From: Hungatella sp. UBA3402
GTDB taxonomy: Bacteria > Bacillota > Clostridia > Lachnospirales > Lachnospiraceae
Assembly (NCBI GenBank): GCA_002358555.1
Contig: DEPC01000115.1
Location: 1 to 60,067, forward strand
DNA length: 60,067 nucleotides
Reading direction: 5' to 3'
The notes under the pieces are model-generated. The model searched no databases, was not told the origin of the DNA, and saw only the letters and a program-made list of their open reading frames with translations. Below, in pieces: positions 9,366-20,946 of the stretch (the first letter of the stretch is position 1; each line of letters begins with the position of its first letter). The translations under genes were made by a program, and so were the position numbers.

Positions 9366-11351
9366 ATGGAGAGGAATATGGAACAAAAATTGGTAAGGAT
9401 GAAAGAACTGGTAGCCATATTGTCGGAAGCAGCTAAGGCTTATTATCAGGAAAGCCGTGAAATTATGGCTAATTTTGAATATGACAAACTTTATGATGAA
9501 CTGACTGTTTTGGAGAAAGAGACTGGTATGGTATTATCAGGAAGTCCAACCCAAAAGGTAGGATTTGAAGTGCTCAGTGAACTTCCAAAAGAAGCTCATC
9601 CTACAGCTATGCTTTCTTTAGATAAGACCAAGGAAGTGGAAGTTTTGGAAGAATGGCTTGGAGAACAGGCAGGAATACTTTCCTGGAAATTAGATGGTCT
9701 TACCATTGTCTTGACTTACGAAAATGGAGAGCTTTCCAAAGCAGTAACCAGAGGAAACGGAGAGATAGGAGAAGTTATCACCAACAATGCAAAGGTATTT
9801 GAAAATATACCACTAAGGATTACATTTAAGGGTACTTTAGTCTTGCGAGGAGAGGCAGTAATCAAATACTCAGATTTTGAGAAAATGAATGAAGAGATTG
9901 AGGAAGTAGAGGCTAAATATAAGAATCCCAGAAATTTATGTGCTGGTTCTGTAAGACAACTTAATAACGAAATTACCGCCAGACGCCATGTAAATTTTAT
10001 ATCCTTTGGTTTGGTGCAGGCAGATGGCATAGATTTTGGAAATTCCAGGATGAAACAGTTTCAATGGCTTCAGTCTTTGGGATTTGAAGTTGTGGAATAT
10101 CAGTATGTAACTAGAGAAAATGTGGCAGATAAAGTAGCCTATTTTGCCCAGACAGTTGCAGGATACAATATCCCTTCTGATGGTCTTGTATTGACCTTTG
10201 AAGATATCGCTTATGGGGAATCTCTGGGCAGAACAGCTAAATTTCCAAGGAACTCCATTGCTTTTAAATGGGCTGACGAAATTAGAGAGACATCATTATC
10301 TTATATTGAATGGAGTGCTTCTAGAACAGGATTGATTAATCCAGTAGCAGTGTTTGAGTCTGTAGAATTGGAGGGAACGACTGTCAGTAGGGCCAGTGTC
10401 CACAATATCAGCATCATAGAGTCTCTGGAATTGGGGGTTGGAGACACTATCACCGTATACAAAGCTAATATGATTATTCCCCAGATTGCAGATAATCTGA
10501 CTAGAAGTGGTGTCAAGGATATTCCAAAGGTATGTCCAGTATGTGGAGGAGTTACGCAAATTCGACAGGTCAATGATGTAAAGACTCTATACTGTACAAA
10601 TCCATCTTGTCAGGCAAAAAAGATTAAAAGCTTTGCCCAACTGGTAAGTCGGGATGCTTTAAATATTGATGGACTTTCAGAAGCTACTTTAGAGAAATTT
10701 ATTGGAGCTGGATTTATCAAGGAATTTGCAGATATCTTTCATTTGGACCAACATAGAGAGGCTATTGTGGAGATGGAGGGATTTGGTCAGAGGTCTTATG
10801 ACAAGTTAACACAAGCTATTTCTGATGCATCTCATACTACATTGATAAGAGTTGTGTATGGATTAGGGATAACAGGAATTGGCTTAGCAAATGCTAAAAT
10901 GTTATGCCGTCATTTTCGATATAATTTTGAAGCTATGTGTACTGCAGATATAGAAGCTTTGACAGAAGTAGATGGCATTGGACAGGTACTTGCAGAAGCC
11001 TGGCGCAATTATTTTGCTGACTCCAAAAATAAAGAAGCAGTAAATCGCCTTCTAGCAGAGCTTACCCTTGAGCCTGTGGAGGAAGAGGAGGAAAATGGAG
11101 AATTTGCAGGAATGACCTTTGTAATTACTGGTTCTGTGACTCATTTTAAAAACCGAAAAGAAATACAGACATTGATAGAATCAAAGGGAGGCAAGGCTAC
11201 AAATTCTGTGACATCAAAAACAACCTATTTGATTAACAATGATGTGAAATCTGCATCATCAAAGAATAAAAAAGCCAGAGAGCTGGGGATTCCTATTTTA
11301 TCAGAGGAGGACTTCTTAAAGCTTTTGGAGGGAGAATACCATGCCGATTAA
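9366..11351 (+). CDS. ligA: NAD-dependent DNA ligase
   Basis: KLDGL, TRGNGEIGE, NPRN, Cys4 zinc finger, HhH repeats, BRCT. Confidence 0.97.
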   Translation: MERNMEQKLVRMKELVAILSEAAKAYYQESREIMANFEYDKLYDELTVLEKETGMVLSGSPTQKVGFEVLSELPKEAHPTAMLSLDKTKEVEVLEEWLGEQAGILSWKLDGLTIVLTYENGELSKAVTRGNGEIGEVITNNAKVFENIPLRITFKGTLVLRGEAVIKYSDFEKMNEEIEEVEAKYKNPRNLCAGSVRQLNNEITARRHVNFISFGLVQADGIDFGNSRMKQFQWLQSLGFEVVEYQYVTRENVADKVAYFAQTVAGYNIPSDGLVLTFEDIAYGESLGRTAKFPRNSIAFKWADEIRETSLSYIEWSASRTGLINPVAVFESVELEGTTVSRASVHNISIIESLELGVGDTITVYKANMIIPQIADNLTRSGVKDIPKVCPVCGGVTQIRQVNDVKTLYCTNPSCQAKKIKSFAQLVSRDALNIDGLSEATLEKFIGAGFIKEFADIFHLDQHREAIVEMEGFGQRSYDKLTQAISDASHTTLIRVVYGLGITGIGLANAKMLCRHFRYNFEAMCTADIEALTEVDGIGQVLAEAWRNYFADSKNKEAVNRLLAELTLEPVEEEEENGEFAGMTFVITGSVTHFKNRKEIQTLIESKGGKATNSVTSKTTYLINNDVKSASSKNKKARELGIPILSEEDFLKLLEGEYHAD

Positions 11352-12258
11352 AATTCAGAAAGATTTACCAGCCAGAAAAATATTAGAGTCAGAAAATATT
11401 TTTGTTATGGACGAAGACAGGGCTATGAGTCAGGATATCCGTCCTTTGGAAATATTGATATTGAATCTGATGCCCATTAAGGAGGATACAGAAACTCAGA
11501 TTTTGAGAGCTTTGTCCAATACACCATTGCAGATTGACTGTACATTTTTAATGCTCAGTACCCATAAATCGAAGAACACATCAGCCAGCCATTTGAATAA
11601 ATTTTATGTGCCATTTTCTGAAATACAGATGAAAAAATATGATGGTATGATTATTACAGGTGCTCCAGTGGAATTGATGGAATTCGAGGAGGTAAATTAT
11701 TGGGAAGAATTGACCCAGATTATGAAATGGACCAAAACTCATGTAACCTCAACTCTTCATCTGTGTTGGGGGGCTCAGGCAGGGCTGTATTATCATTATG
11801 GAATTCCCAAATATCAGATGGAAAAAAAGCTTTCTGGGATTTACACACATAGACTTCTTGACAGGAAGGTTCCTTTGGTGAGAGGAATGGATGATTACAT
11901 CATGGCTCCTCATTCTCGATATACAGAAATTCGGAGAAAGGATGTAGCAGAGCATAAGGAGTTACAGATATTGGCAGAATCCTCTCAGGCAGGATTATTT
12001 CTTATTATGAAGCGAGATGGAAGCCAGATTTTTGTCCAAGGGCATCCAGAATATGACCGAATGACATTAAATAATGAATATCACAGAGATGTGTCAAAGG
12101 GATTGACACCTCAGATTCCTTATAATTATTATGAGAATAATGACCCATTTGCCATGCCAGTACTGAGTTGGAGAAATATGTCTACCACTTTATATAGTAA
12201 TTGGTTGAATTACTATGTATATCAGGAAACACCATATGATTTGTATGAAAAGCAATAA
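11341..12258 (+). CDS. metA: Homoserine O-acyltransferase (MetA family, probably acetyl-specific)
   Basis: QDIRPL, LNLMP, ITGAPVE, CWGAQA, PHSRY, GHPEYD; Glu in GAPVE indicates acetyl-CoA preference. Confidence 0.95.
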   Translation: MPIKIQKDLPARKILESENIFVMDEDRAMSQDIRPLEILILNLMPIKEDTETQILRALSNTPLQIDCTFLMLSTHKSKNTSASHLNKFYVPFSEIQMKKYDGMIITGAPVELMEFEEVNYWEELTQIMKWTKTHVTSTLHLCWGAQAGLYYHYGIPKYQMEKKLSGIYTHRLLDRKVPLVRGMDDYIMAPHSRYTEIRRKDVAEHKELQILAESSQAGLFLIMKRDGSQIFVQGHPEYDRMTLNNEYHRDVSKGLTPQIPYNYYENNDPFAMPVLSWRNMSTTLYSNWLNYYVYQETPYDLYEKQ

Positions 12259-12314
12259 TAAGATAAAATCATTTCTGCCGTCTATATGCTCTAATTTAAC
12301 TAGCAGAACAAGTT

Positions 12315-12437
12315 AATTTACACAAGATTTGTATTAAATTCAGTCAACATAGCCTGCTATGCCTTCTTCATTTAGTACAAATCTTGCATAAATTGTGGCA
12401 TATATCTGCCAGAAAGCAGTTTTCATACATTCCCTAG
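12315..12437. repeat. Decayed MITE-like long-hairpin element between convergent metA and MCP genes
   Basis: 25-nt imperfect IR (12315-12339 / 12370-12394), central CATAGC-ct-GCTATG hairpin, end TTTTCATACATTCCCTAG. Confidence 0.65.
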
Positions 12438-12505
12438 ATTATCTCAAAATCTTTATGGTAAATAAATTTCCTCACTGCAAGCTGAAGAATATGGAATCCC
12501 AAAAC

Positions 12506-14644
12506 TTAACTATCACTGCGGAGCTTGAATTGACTTACTAGATTTCTGAGCACTTGGGCTTGGCTAGAAAGCTCTTCACTGGTAGCAGCCCCTTCTTCTG
12601 CTGTAGCAGAGTTAGTCTGCACAACAGAGGAAATCTGATTCATACCTTCTGTAACCTGTCCGAGAGATTCCGATTGATTCATAGAGGCATCTGCAATCTG
12701 GTCCACAATACCAGAAACAATTTGCACACTATCTACTACTTTCATGAGAGATTCTGCTGTTTCATTTGCGATTTTTCTTCCTTTATCCACGGCATTGGCA
12801 GTCCCTTGAATCAGTTCTGAAGTGCTGTTGGAGGCGGTTGCTGACTTGCTGGCAAGATTGCGCACTTCATCGGCTACTACAGCAAACCCCTTTCCTGCCT
12901 CTCCAGCTCTGGCAGCTTCAACAGCAGCATTTAAAGCCAAGATATTGGTCTGAAATGCGATATCTTCAATTGTCTTGATAATTTTCTCAATTTCAGATGA
13001 TTTATCTCCAATTTCGTCCATAGCTTCAATCATAGCATACATCTGCTGAGTACAGAGGGCAGTCTCAGAACCAGAATCTAAGGAATGTTTCCTTGCATCT
13101 TCTGCATTTTGTGCAGTTTCCTGTACCTGTTCCAAGATTCCCTCAATGGTAGAAGCCAGCTTTTCAATAGAAGAAGCCTGTTCTACTGCACCTTGGGATA
13201 GTGCCTGGGCGCCAGAAGCCATCTGGCTACTTCCAGAAGATACTTGGTCCGCTGAAACATCAATCTGTTTTAAGGTACTACTTAAACGTTTGTTCATTTT
13301 TCGCATAGACTGCAAAACACCTTCAAAAGCGCCTACATAGTTATCCTCAGCTTTTGTCTTTATATTAAAGTTTCCCTCAGACATCTCTCCCAGGACATAT
13401 TTTAAATCTGTCACAATATGGTTCAAATTGGCAGTCATATCAGCAAATGTTCTTGCTAAAATACCAATTTCATCTTCACTGGAAGCTTCAAGCTCTACTT
13501 CTAAATTGCCTTCAGCTATGCTCCGTGCAGCATCTACAACGCCTTGAACAGGACCAAGAACCTTTTTCACAACAAAAATAATCGTTAAGATAATGATTAC
13601 AAGGGCAATTACTGAAAAGGCAAGCATCCAATAGACTGTGCCTTTGACAATGGCATCAATATCACGATTGCTGATAGCTGTCAGCGACCACCAAGTCTGG
13701 TCAGCCGCATGAATAGGAGTAAAATATCGAGTTACTTTCCTTCCATCTTCTCGAGTTGTTTCCAGATGAAATTCTTGTCCTTGAGCCATTTTATTTTGCA
13801 TCTCAGCTAATTCTGACGGATTAGGCGTAAATTCAGCCATCTGCTTGCCAATATCAGCTTTATCCTCACTGTCATAGATAATCGTACTATCGTGGTTGTA
13901 AATCGTGCAGTACATACTAGGGAAATTTTGGCTAGTGGTATTTACTTTATCAAAATTATTTACTTTAATGTCTCCTACAACTACAGCTATCACTTGGTCA
14001 TTATAAATAACTGGACTAGCATAGGATACCATAGTGAATCCATTGTATTCATAGGGGTCAGTAACCACTGTCTTTTTAGCAGATACCGCCATTTCATAGT
14101 AAATCTCTTTGGAATAAGTTTCATAAGGCCCATAGGGAACAATATCACTGTCGGCATTTTCCTCACTGATATAGAAAGCATAATCTCGGATATCCTCTTG
14201 AAATTTATTTGGCTCAAACATAACACCAATGCCTGCCAAATCCTCATTGTATGCTACATTGTTTCGAGCAGTTTCCCGTAAATATACTTCAATATCATAA
14301 TTGAGAGGAGTTAATACTTTATCATAAATAGAACTTCTACACAGTTCCATGGCAGCTGGTTCAGTGGGTACCTCAAGCCATGAAGGATTATCATTCATAG
14401 CTGTCTTATAAGCTTGTTCCAAATAGAGCTCCATATGGTTTGTAACAGCCTCCGCCTCATCAAATATGGTTTGGATTTGATTGGCATTTAATCTCGAAAT
14501 TGCATTTAATTGCTCATAGGTAGAAGACGAAATTGCTTTTCTGGACATGAAAACTGCGCTGCCAATCAATATTACTAAAATCAATGACAGGACACCACCT
14601 ATAGTTAACGACAATTTTGGAGCTAATTTCATTTTTTTGAACAT
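12506..14644 (-). CDS. Methyl-accepting chemotaxis protein (Cache-like sensor, HAMP)
   Basis: Two TM helices, HAMP EDEIGIL, signalling hairpin [37 protein letters not shown]. Confidence 0.96.
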   Translation of the reverse strand: MFKKMKLAPKLSLTIGGVLSLILVILIGSAVFMSRKAISSSTYEQLNAISRLNANQIQTIFDEAEAVTNHMELYLEQAYKTAMNDNPSWLEVPTEPAAMELCRSSIYDKVLTPLNYDIEVYLRETARNNVAYNEDLAGIGVMFEPNKFQEDIRDYAFYISEENADSDIVPYGPYETYSKEIYYEMAVSAKKTVVTDPYEYNGFTMVSYASPVIYNDQVIAVVVGDIKVNNFDKVNTTSQNFPSMYCTIYNHDSTIIYDSEDKADIGKQMAEFTPNPSELAEMQNKMAQGQEFHLETTREDGRKVTRYFTPIHAADQTWWSLTAISNRDIDAIVKGTVYWMLAFSVIALVIIILTIIFVVKKVLGPVQGVVDAARSIAEGNLEVELEASSEDEIGILARTFADMTANLNHIVTDLKYVLGEMSEGNFNIKTKAEDNYVGAFEGVLQSMRKMNKRLSSTLKQIDVSADQVSSGSSQMASGAQALSQGAVEQASSIEKLASTIEGILEQVQETAQNAEDARKHSLDSGSETALCTQQMYAMIEAMDEIGDKSSEIEKIIKTIEDIAFQTNILALNAAVEAARAGEAGKGFAVVADEVRNLASKSATASNSTSELIQGTANAVDKGRKIANETAESLMKVVDSVQIVSGIVDQIADASMNQSESLGQVTEGMNQISSVVQTNSATAEEGAATSEELSSQAQVLRNLVSQFKLRSDS

Positions 14645-15005
14645 AATCTTCTCCTTCCCCCATCTCTGTTAAATCAGAGTTAGACTCCATTCCCTTTTTG
14701 TCTTATTATAGCACATTTGGTCATTACTTTAAATAAATAAGATAAAAAATCCAAATTTAATTTTGTTCAAATTGCAATAGTTTACATTCCTAAATACTTC
14801 CTAGCATCGAAATATGGGAATCTTTAATCAGATGGGGGGATTGACTCTTACCATGGATAAGATATGCTTCCTTAAGAATTTGTAAGAATAATTTCACAAA
14901 AATAATCGGAAAAATTTAGGCATTTTCCATGGATTTATGATAATATCCTATTAGATAATATGGTAGAAACTTACTATTATGGAAATTTAATCAGGGAGGA
15001 TAGCT

Positions 15006-16061
15006 ATGTTTGGGAAAAAACGGTGGATAACAGTCTTACTGGCAATATTGCTTATGGTGGGGACTGCATTCCCGACGTTGGCAGTTACAGGAACTAAGAT
15101 AAGTAGTGTATCATTGAAGATTACTTCAGATATTGAGGCTGGTCATGATTATGGTGATGTGAATGTCACCACAAGCAATAGCAGATATTTTATAGAAGAA
15201 TTTTATGTAACAAATACGCCTGAAGGAGAATGGAAAAAAGGGGCAAGGCCGAAGGTTAGAGTTACTCTGATAACCGATGAAGGAGAATATTATTTTAAAT
15301 CAGGATTTTCCAAGAGTGATGTGAGTTTAACTGGAACAGGAGCAACGGTTTCTTCTGTAAGCCGCAGCAGTAGCACAAAGTTGGTGGTCAATATAACATT
15401 GGATGCCTTGGGAGGAGGCAGCAATGGCTATGATTTAGAGGTTTATGGAGTAGGATGGGATGGAGATACCGGTTATGGATATTGGGAACATAGTGAAGAT
15501 GGAAAGAGATATGAGTTAAAAGTATACCGTGGAAATAGCCTTTTAAATTCTTCCACATTGACTACAAGCGATAATACCTATAATTTTTCTAGTTATATTA
15601 CCAGAAGTGGAACCTATACATTCCGAGTTCGTGCAGTTTATAATTCTTCTAATAAGGGAGAATGGATAGATTCTGATGACTGGTATGTAGATTCTCAGAC
15701 AGCCAGAGAATTTGGCAATTCCAGTAGCTCTAGTAACCCTAGTAGCTCCTCAACTTCTGTCAATACTTCTGGCAGTTCTTTAACCAGTCCTGGCAACAGT
15801 AGTTCTGGTGCATGGCTTCAGGACAGTGTGGGGTGGTGGTATTGTAATGCGGATAGAAGCTATACTATCAATGGCTGGCAATCTATTAACAATAAGTGGT
15901 ACTATTTCAATGAGAGAGGCTATATGGTAACTGGATGGGTTTTGTGGAAAAATGCTTACTATTATTGTGGACCTGATGGAGCTATGTTGACAAATACTTG
16001 GACTCCTGATGGATATTATGTAGATGGCAATGGCATCTGGGTACAGAATAGCCTAAGATAG
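15006..16061 (+). CDS. Secreted protein with Ser-rich linker and C-terminal cell-wall (choline-binding-type) repeats
   Basis: Signal peptide, FN3-like GTYTFRVRAV, repeats such as GWQSINNKWYYFNERGYMVTGW. Confidence 0.88.
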   Translation: MFGKKRWITVLLAILLMVGTAFPTLAVTGTKISSVSLKITSDIEAGHDYGDVNVTTSNSRYFIEEFYVTNTPEGEWKKGARPKVRVTLITDEGEYYFKSGFSKSDVSLTGTGATVSSVSRSSSTKLVVNITLDALGGGSNGYDLEVYGVGWDGDTGYGYWEHSEDGKRYELKVYRGNSLLNSSTLTTSDNTYNFSSYITRSGTYTFRVRAVYNSSNKGEWIDSDDWYVDSQTAREFGNSSSSSNPSSSSTSVNTSGSSLTSPGNSSSGAWLQDSVGWWYCNADRSYTINGWQSINNKWYYFNERGYMVTGWVLWKNAYYYCGPDGAMLTNTWTPDGYYVDGNGIWVQNSLR

Positions 16062-16094
16062 GCGAGAATTAGGATAAGGATATAGAAGAGGACG

Positions 16095-16139
16095 GCTGAC
16101 CTGACAGAATCAATAAATCTGTTGGGTCAGTTGCTTTTT
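16095..16139 (+). terminator. Intrinsic terminator
   Basis: GCTGACCTGACAGA/TCTGTTGGGTCAGT stem followed by a T run. Confidence 0.75.
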
Positions 16140-16213
16140 CAGTTTACGGACAAGGAAATTCGTGTTATAGTTTAGGATGTATTGATTTTAAGAAGGAATT
16201 TTCAAGGAAGGGT

Positions 16214-17035
16214 ATGGATATGTCAGTAGATTATAGATTGATGATAAAGAATTTACAAGAGATGGAGACTTTGTTTGTCGCATTTTCTCAAACAACCAGA
16301 ATGCCATATGTAGAATGTGATGAGGAGACCTTTGACGACCAGGTATATCTGTTTGCAGAGGAGGAGGAAGCTAAAAGCTGGGCAAAAGAATATGGGGAAA
16401 AACAGATTCCCTTGAGTGTTGCCAAAGTAAATAAGGAACAGATGTTGATGTTTTATACTAGCCTTCATCTGATTGGCGTAAATCGTATTGTATTTCACAA
16501 TGGAACAGAATTTACATATTTTCCTTTAGAGCAGGTAGTAACGATAAAGAAACCAGAGCAAGGGGCAAATGCGCTTCCTGAGAACAATGCTATTTTACAG
16601 TTGACTATGATTTATTTTCTCCAGGAATTGAGAAGGCCAGGCCAATCTGTCCAGGACCAGGACAGAAGAAAACGTCTTCAGGACATGGAGCAGGAGATGA
16701 TGGTCAATTTGGTTCGCTCTAAATATATTATGGCCATTGATATTAGCAAGGTAGAAGGAGAATTTAACCCTCAAAAGCCAGGGCAGAATATTCAGATTCC
16801 TTATTTGAAAAATGATAAGGGTGAGATTATGCAGCCTTTGTTTTCAGATGTATGGGAATTTCAGAAATTCAGTCAAAATGCAGCTTCTAAGCTTCGGATT
16901 GTTATGGTGCCCTTTAAAGGACTTCTTCCATCCTTGGTAAAAGAGGCCAGAGGATATGTGTTGAATCCAGCGGGAGTGGGATTGATGCTGCTGAGAGAGA
17001 AGTTGGAATTGCTCAGTAGACAGACAGAGGAATAA
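16214..17035 (+). CDS. SseB-family protein
   Basis: C-terminal IPYLKNDKGEIMQPLFSDVWEF...GYVLNP pattern. Confidence 0.7.
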   Translation: MDMSVDYRLMIKNLQEMETLFVAFSQTTRMPYVECDEETFDDQVYLFAEEEEAKSWAKEYGEKQIPLSVAKVNKEQMLMFYTSLHLIGVNRIVFHNGTEFTYFPLEQVVTIKKPEQGANALPENNAILQLTMIYFLQELRRPGQSVQDQDRRKRLQDMEQEMMVNLVRSKYIMAIDISKVEGEFNPQKPGQNIQIPYLKNDKGEIMQPLFSDVWEFQKFSQNAASKLRIVMVPFKGLLPSLVKEARGYVLNPAGVGLMLLREKLELLSRQTEE

Positions 17036-17155
17036 AATTTAATAGAATCTGATTTCCTAGAGGAATTGATGTGATATGAGACAAGATAGGAAAGTTTAGA
17101 GAGAAGGATATCGGGATATTGATAAAGGAGTAGAAAAGGGATAATTGCAGATAGA

Positions 17156-19525
17156 ATGAATAAAAAATATGAAATTTTAAAAAAATATTTTGGTTATGAT
17201 TCATTTCGGCAGGGCCAAGAGACTTTGATTGATGGAATCTTGCAGGGAAGGGATGTTTTTGGAATCATGCCTACAGGTTCTGGAAAATCATTATGTTTCC
17301 AGATACCAGCGCTTATCATGGAAGGGATTACTTTGGTAATCTCTCCTTTGATTTCATTGATGAAAGACCAGGTCGCCACGTTAAACCAGGCAGGAATTCA
17401 TGCTGCCTATCTAAACAGTTCTTTAACATCTACCCAGTATTATAAAGCGCTGAGTCTTGCAAAGGAAAGGAGATATCCCATTATCTATGTAGCTCCTGAA
17501 CGATTGGAGACAGAAGGATTTTTGGATTTTGCTTTAAACAGCAAGATTGCCATGGTGGCAGTTGATGAGGCTCACTGTGTATCTCAATGGGGACAAGATT
17601 TCCGACCAAGCTATCTAAAAATTGTGGAATTCGTAAAAAAATTACCCAAAAGACCGGTTGTCAGTGCATTTACGGCTACTGCAACAAAAGAAGTGAGAGA
17701 AGATATTATAGATATCTTGCTGCTAAGGGAGCCTGTTGTGGTGACAACAGGGTATGACCGTCCTAACCTGTATTTGGGAGTGCAAGCGCCCAAGGATAAG
17801 TATGGGGCATTGAAAAATTTTATTAAAAGCCATCAAGGACAATGCGGAATTGTCTACTGTCTGACCAGAAAATTGGTGGAGGAGGTAAGCAACCGATTAA
17901 AAGAAGACAAAATCTCTACTACCAGATATCATGCAGGATTAAGTGACCAGGAACGCAGACAAAACCAAGACGATTTTATTTATGATAGATGTCAAGTCAT
18001 GGTGGCAACCAATGCATTTGGAATGGGAATTGATAAGAGCAATGTAAGATTTGTAATCCATTACAATATGCCAAAAAGTATTGAGGCATTTTATCAAGAG
18101 ATTGGAAGATGTTCCAGAGACCAGGAACCAGGAGAATGTATTTTGTTCTACAGTGGTCAGGATGTAGTTACAAATCAAAGATTTATTGACAATAATGAGG
18201 ACAATCAGGAACTGGATTCTTTAACTCGAAGAATTGTACAGGAAAGAGACAGAGAACGACTGAAGAAGATGACCTTTTATTGTTTTACAAATGAATGTCT
18301 GAGAGATTATATCCTTAAATATTTTGGGGAATATGGTGCAAATTACTGTGGAAACTGTCAGAATTGTATGACCCAATTTGAATCCATAGATGTGACGGAG
18401 ATAGCTAAGGCACTTATTGGCTGTGTATCAACTTCTCGTCAGAGGTATGGAGCAACTGTAATTACTGATACGGTTCATGGAGCTGATACCGTTAGGATTA
18501 GGCAGTATCACATGAAGGAAAATCCATTTTATGGAATCCTTTCTCATATACCTATCTATCGGCTGCGTCAGGTGATGAATCATTTAATGTTAAATAACTA
18601 TTTGGCTGTAACCAATGATGAGTATTCTATTATAAAGCTTACACAAGATTCCAAGAAAATCACAGAGCACCGTGAGACAGTTACTATGAAGATGGGAAAG
18701 GAACAGGAGCGATCCAATAAGGAAAAAGGCGAGAGAAAGGTTAAAAGGAGAAAAATAATTGGAGTCGAACTTTCACAAGAAGATGAATATTTGTTTGAAA
18801 GATTGAGGCTTCTTCGGACAGAAATTGCCAGAAAAGAAGGAGTTCCACCTTATATTGTATTTTCGGACAAAACCTTGGTTTCTATGTCCTTGATAAAACC
18901 CAGGAGCAAGGAAGAGATGCTTTCTGTGTCTGGAGTTGGAGAATTCAAGTTTGAAAAATATGGAGAAAAGTTTCTAACCTGTGTGAAAGCCATATCTCCA
19001 GCTTATGAAGAGGAAGATTTATTTTTAATTGATGAAGAGAATGACTTTAATGACTGGTATTTGGGAAATCTTATGGAGGCAAGGGAATATGGAAATCAGG
19101 AAAGGACGAAAGAATTCAAACTGGAAAAAGAGAAGACAGAAAATGTTAGAGTGACTTCTAGAGCAGCAATGGAGGAAAAACGGGCAAATAGAAAGACAGA
19201 ATTTGTTATGACAGAGGAATTAGCGGAGCAGATTCATTATTCTAAATTGACTACCCTCAGCGATTTTGTTGGTCAGATTAATGATTTGAGAGATTTTATA
19301 ACTATGAAGCGGTTGACTATCAAATCTGTTGAGGACTGGCTTACAGAGAATGGGTGTTTTCGGATACAGATGTTCAATCGAAGACCAAGAAAATGGTTGA
19401 CAGACCAAGGCAGAGATTTTGGGATTGTGGCAGAGAAACGAGTAAGTGAAAGCGGCAAGGAGTATGAGATATTTTTTTATACGCAGGAGGCACAGAAACG
19501 AATTGTGCAATGGCTGTTACTCTAA
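17156..19525 (+). CDS. recQ: ATP-dependent DNA helicase RecQ with C-terminal extension
   Basis: MPTGSGKS, DEAHCVSQWGQDFRP, ATNAFGMGIDK, Zn-binding RQC, HRDC (VPPYIVFSDKTL). Confidence 0.95.
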   Translation: MNKKYEILKKYFGYDSFRQGQETLIDGILQGRDVFGIMPTGSGKSLCFQIPALIMEGITLVISPLISLMKDQVATLNQAGIHAAYLNSSLTSTQYYKALSLAKERRYPIIYVAPERLETEGFLDFALNSKIAMVAVDEAHCVSQWGQDFRPSYLKIVEFVKKLPKRPVVSAFTATATKEVREDIIDILLLREPVVVTTGYDRPNLYLGVQAPKDKYGALKNFIKSHQGQCGIVYCLTRKLVEEVSNRLKEDKISTTRYHAGLSDQERRQNQDDFIYDRCQVMVATNAFGMGIDKSNVRFVIHYNMPKSIEAFYQEIGRCSRDQEPGECILFYSGQDVVTNQRFIDNNEDNQELDSLTRRIVQERDRERLKKMTFYCFTNECLRDYILKYFGEYGANYCGNCQNCMTQFESIDVTEIAKALIGCVSTSRQRYGATVITDTVHGADTVRIRQYHMKENPFYGILSHIPIYRLRQVMNHLMLNNYLAVTNDEYSIIKLTQDSKKITEHRETVTMKMGKEQERSNKEKGERKVKRRKIIGVELSQEDEYLFERLRLLRTEIARKEGVPPYIVFSDKTLVSMSLIKPRSKEEMLSVSGVGEFKFEKYGEKFLTCVKAISPAYEEEDLFLIDEENDFNDWYLGNLMEAREYGNQERTKEFKLEKEKTENVRVTSRAAMEEKRANRKTEFVMTEELAEQIHYSKLTTLSDFVGQINDLRDFITMKRLTIKSVEDWLTENGCFRIQMFNRRPRKWLTDQGRDFGIVAEKRVSESGKEYEIFFYTQEAQKRIVQWLLL

Positions 19526-19550
19526 AGATACAAAGAAAGGAAGAATTGCG

Positions 19551-20882
19551 ATGTCTATGGAACAGTTGTCAATGTTTGACAATCAAGAGGTCTATCATCC
19601 TCTGGCCAGCCGTATGAGGCCAGAGAATTTGGAGGAGTTTGTAGGACAAGAACATATTCTGGGCAAGGGAAAGGTACTGCGGCGGCTCATTGAGCAGGAC
19701 CAGATTCCATCTATGATATTCTGGGGACCACCAGGTGTAGGAAAGACAACCTTAGCAGGGATTATTGCCCAGAAAACACATGCCCAATTTATCAATTTTA
19801 GCGCAGTTACCAGCGGAATTAAAGAGATACGGGAAGTGATGGCCCAGGCAGAGGACAGCCGCAGAGTTGGAATTAAGACCGTGGTGTTTGTAGATGAGAT
19901 TCATCGATTTAATAAGGCACAACAAGATGCATTCCTTCCCTATGTGGAGAAGGGAAGTATTATTTTAATTGGAGCTACTACAGAAAATCCATCCTTTGAA
20001 GTCAACAGTGCTCTTTTGTCCAGATGCAGAGTATTTGTGCTTCAAGCTCTGTCAACAGAAGATTTATCAAAGCTTCTTAAAAGAACTTTGAAAAGCCAGA
20101 AGGGCTTTGGATATTTGAAAATTGATATCACGGAAGATATGATTACCATGATTGCAGAATTTTCCAATGGGGATGCAAGAACGGCATTAAATGTCTTGGA
20201 GATGGCTGTTACCAATGGGGAGGTCAGCACAGAGAAAACGACGATAACTATGGAGATTCTGCGTCAATGTGTAGGTAGGAAAAGCCTTCTTTATGATAAG
20301 AAAGGGGAACAACACTATAATCTGATTTCAGCTCTACATAAATCCATGCGCAATTCTGACCCAGATGCAGCAGTCTATTGGTTGGCACGGATGTTAGAAG
20401 CAGGAGAAGACCCATTGTATATTGCAAGGCGGTTGGTGAGATATGCCAGTGAAGATGTCGGAATGGCAGATAGCCAAGCTTTATCTGTGACAGTATCTGC
20501 TTACCAGGCATGTCATTTCTTAGGGATGCCAGAATGCAATGTCAATTTAAGTCATGCGGTGATTTATTTATCCATGGCACCTAAATCGAATTCTTCCTAT
20601 ACTGCGTATGAGAAGGCCAAAAAAGATGCACAGAACATGTTGGCAGAGCCAGTCCCCCTGGTTATCCGCAATGCACCAACAAATTTGATGGAGCAGCTTC
20701 ATTATGGAGAAGGGTATGTCTATGCACATAATACCAAGGAAAAGATGGCCCGAATTCAGTGTTTACCAGATAGATTGATAGGAACTCAATATTATTATCC
20801 TACAGAACAGGGGATAGAAAAAGAGGTAGCCAAGAAACTCGATAAGATTAAGAAATGGAAAGAAGAAGAAGAGTATAATTAA
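19551..20882 (+). CDS. rarA: Replication-associated recombination protein A (MgsA)
   Basis: PLASRMRP, GPPGVGKTT, DEIHRFNKAQQD, GATTENPSF, SALHKSMRNSDPD. Confidence 0.96.
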   Translation: MSMEQLSMFDNQEVYHPLASRMRPENLEEFVGQEHILGKGKVLRRLIEQDQIPSMIFWGPPGVGKTTLAGIIAQKTHAQFINFSAVTSGIKEIREVMAQAEDSRRVGIKTVVFVDEIHRFNKAQQDAFLPYVEKGSIILIGATTENPSFEVNSALLSRCRVFVLQALSTEDLSKLLKRTLKSQKGFGYLKIDITEDMITMIAEFSNGDARTALNVLEMAVTNGEVSTEKTTITMEILRQCVGRKSLLYDKKGEQHYNLISALHKSMRNSDPDAAVYWLARMLEAGEDPLYIARRLVRYASEDVGMADSQALSVTVSAYQACHFLGMPECNVNLSHAVIYLSMAPKSNSSYTAYEKAKKDAQNMLAEPVPLVIRNAPTNLMEQLHYGEGYVYAHNTKEKMARIQCLPDRLIGTQYYYPTEQGIEKEVAKKLDKIKKWKEEEEYN

Positions 20883-20946
20883 AAACCATAGCAATTTTGC
20901 GCAGAGCTTTAGAGAGTTTTAGATATAATTTTGTGAAAATATTTGA

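Noticed and set aside
15718..15810. Repetitive AGT/TCT-rich DNA
   Set aside because: Encodes the Ser-rich linker of the cell-wall-binding protein
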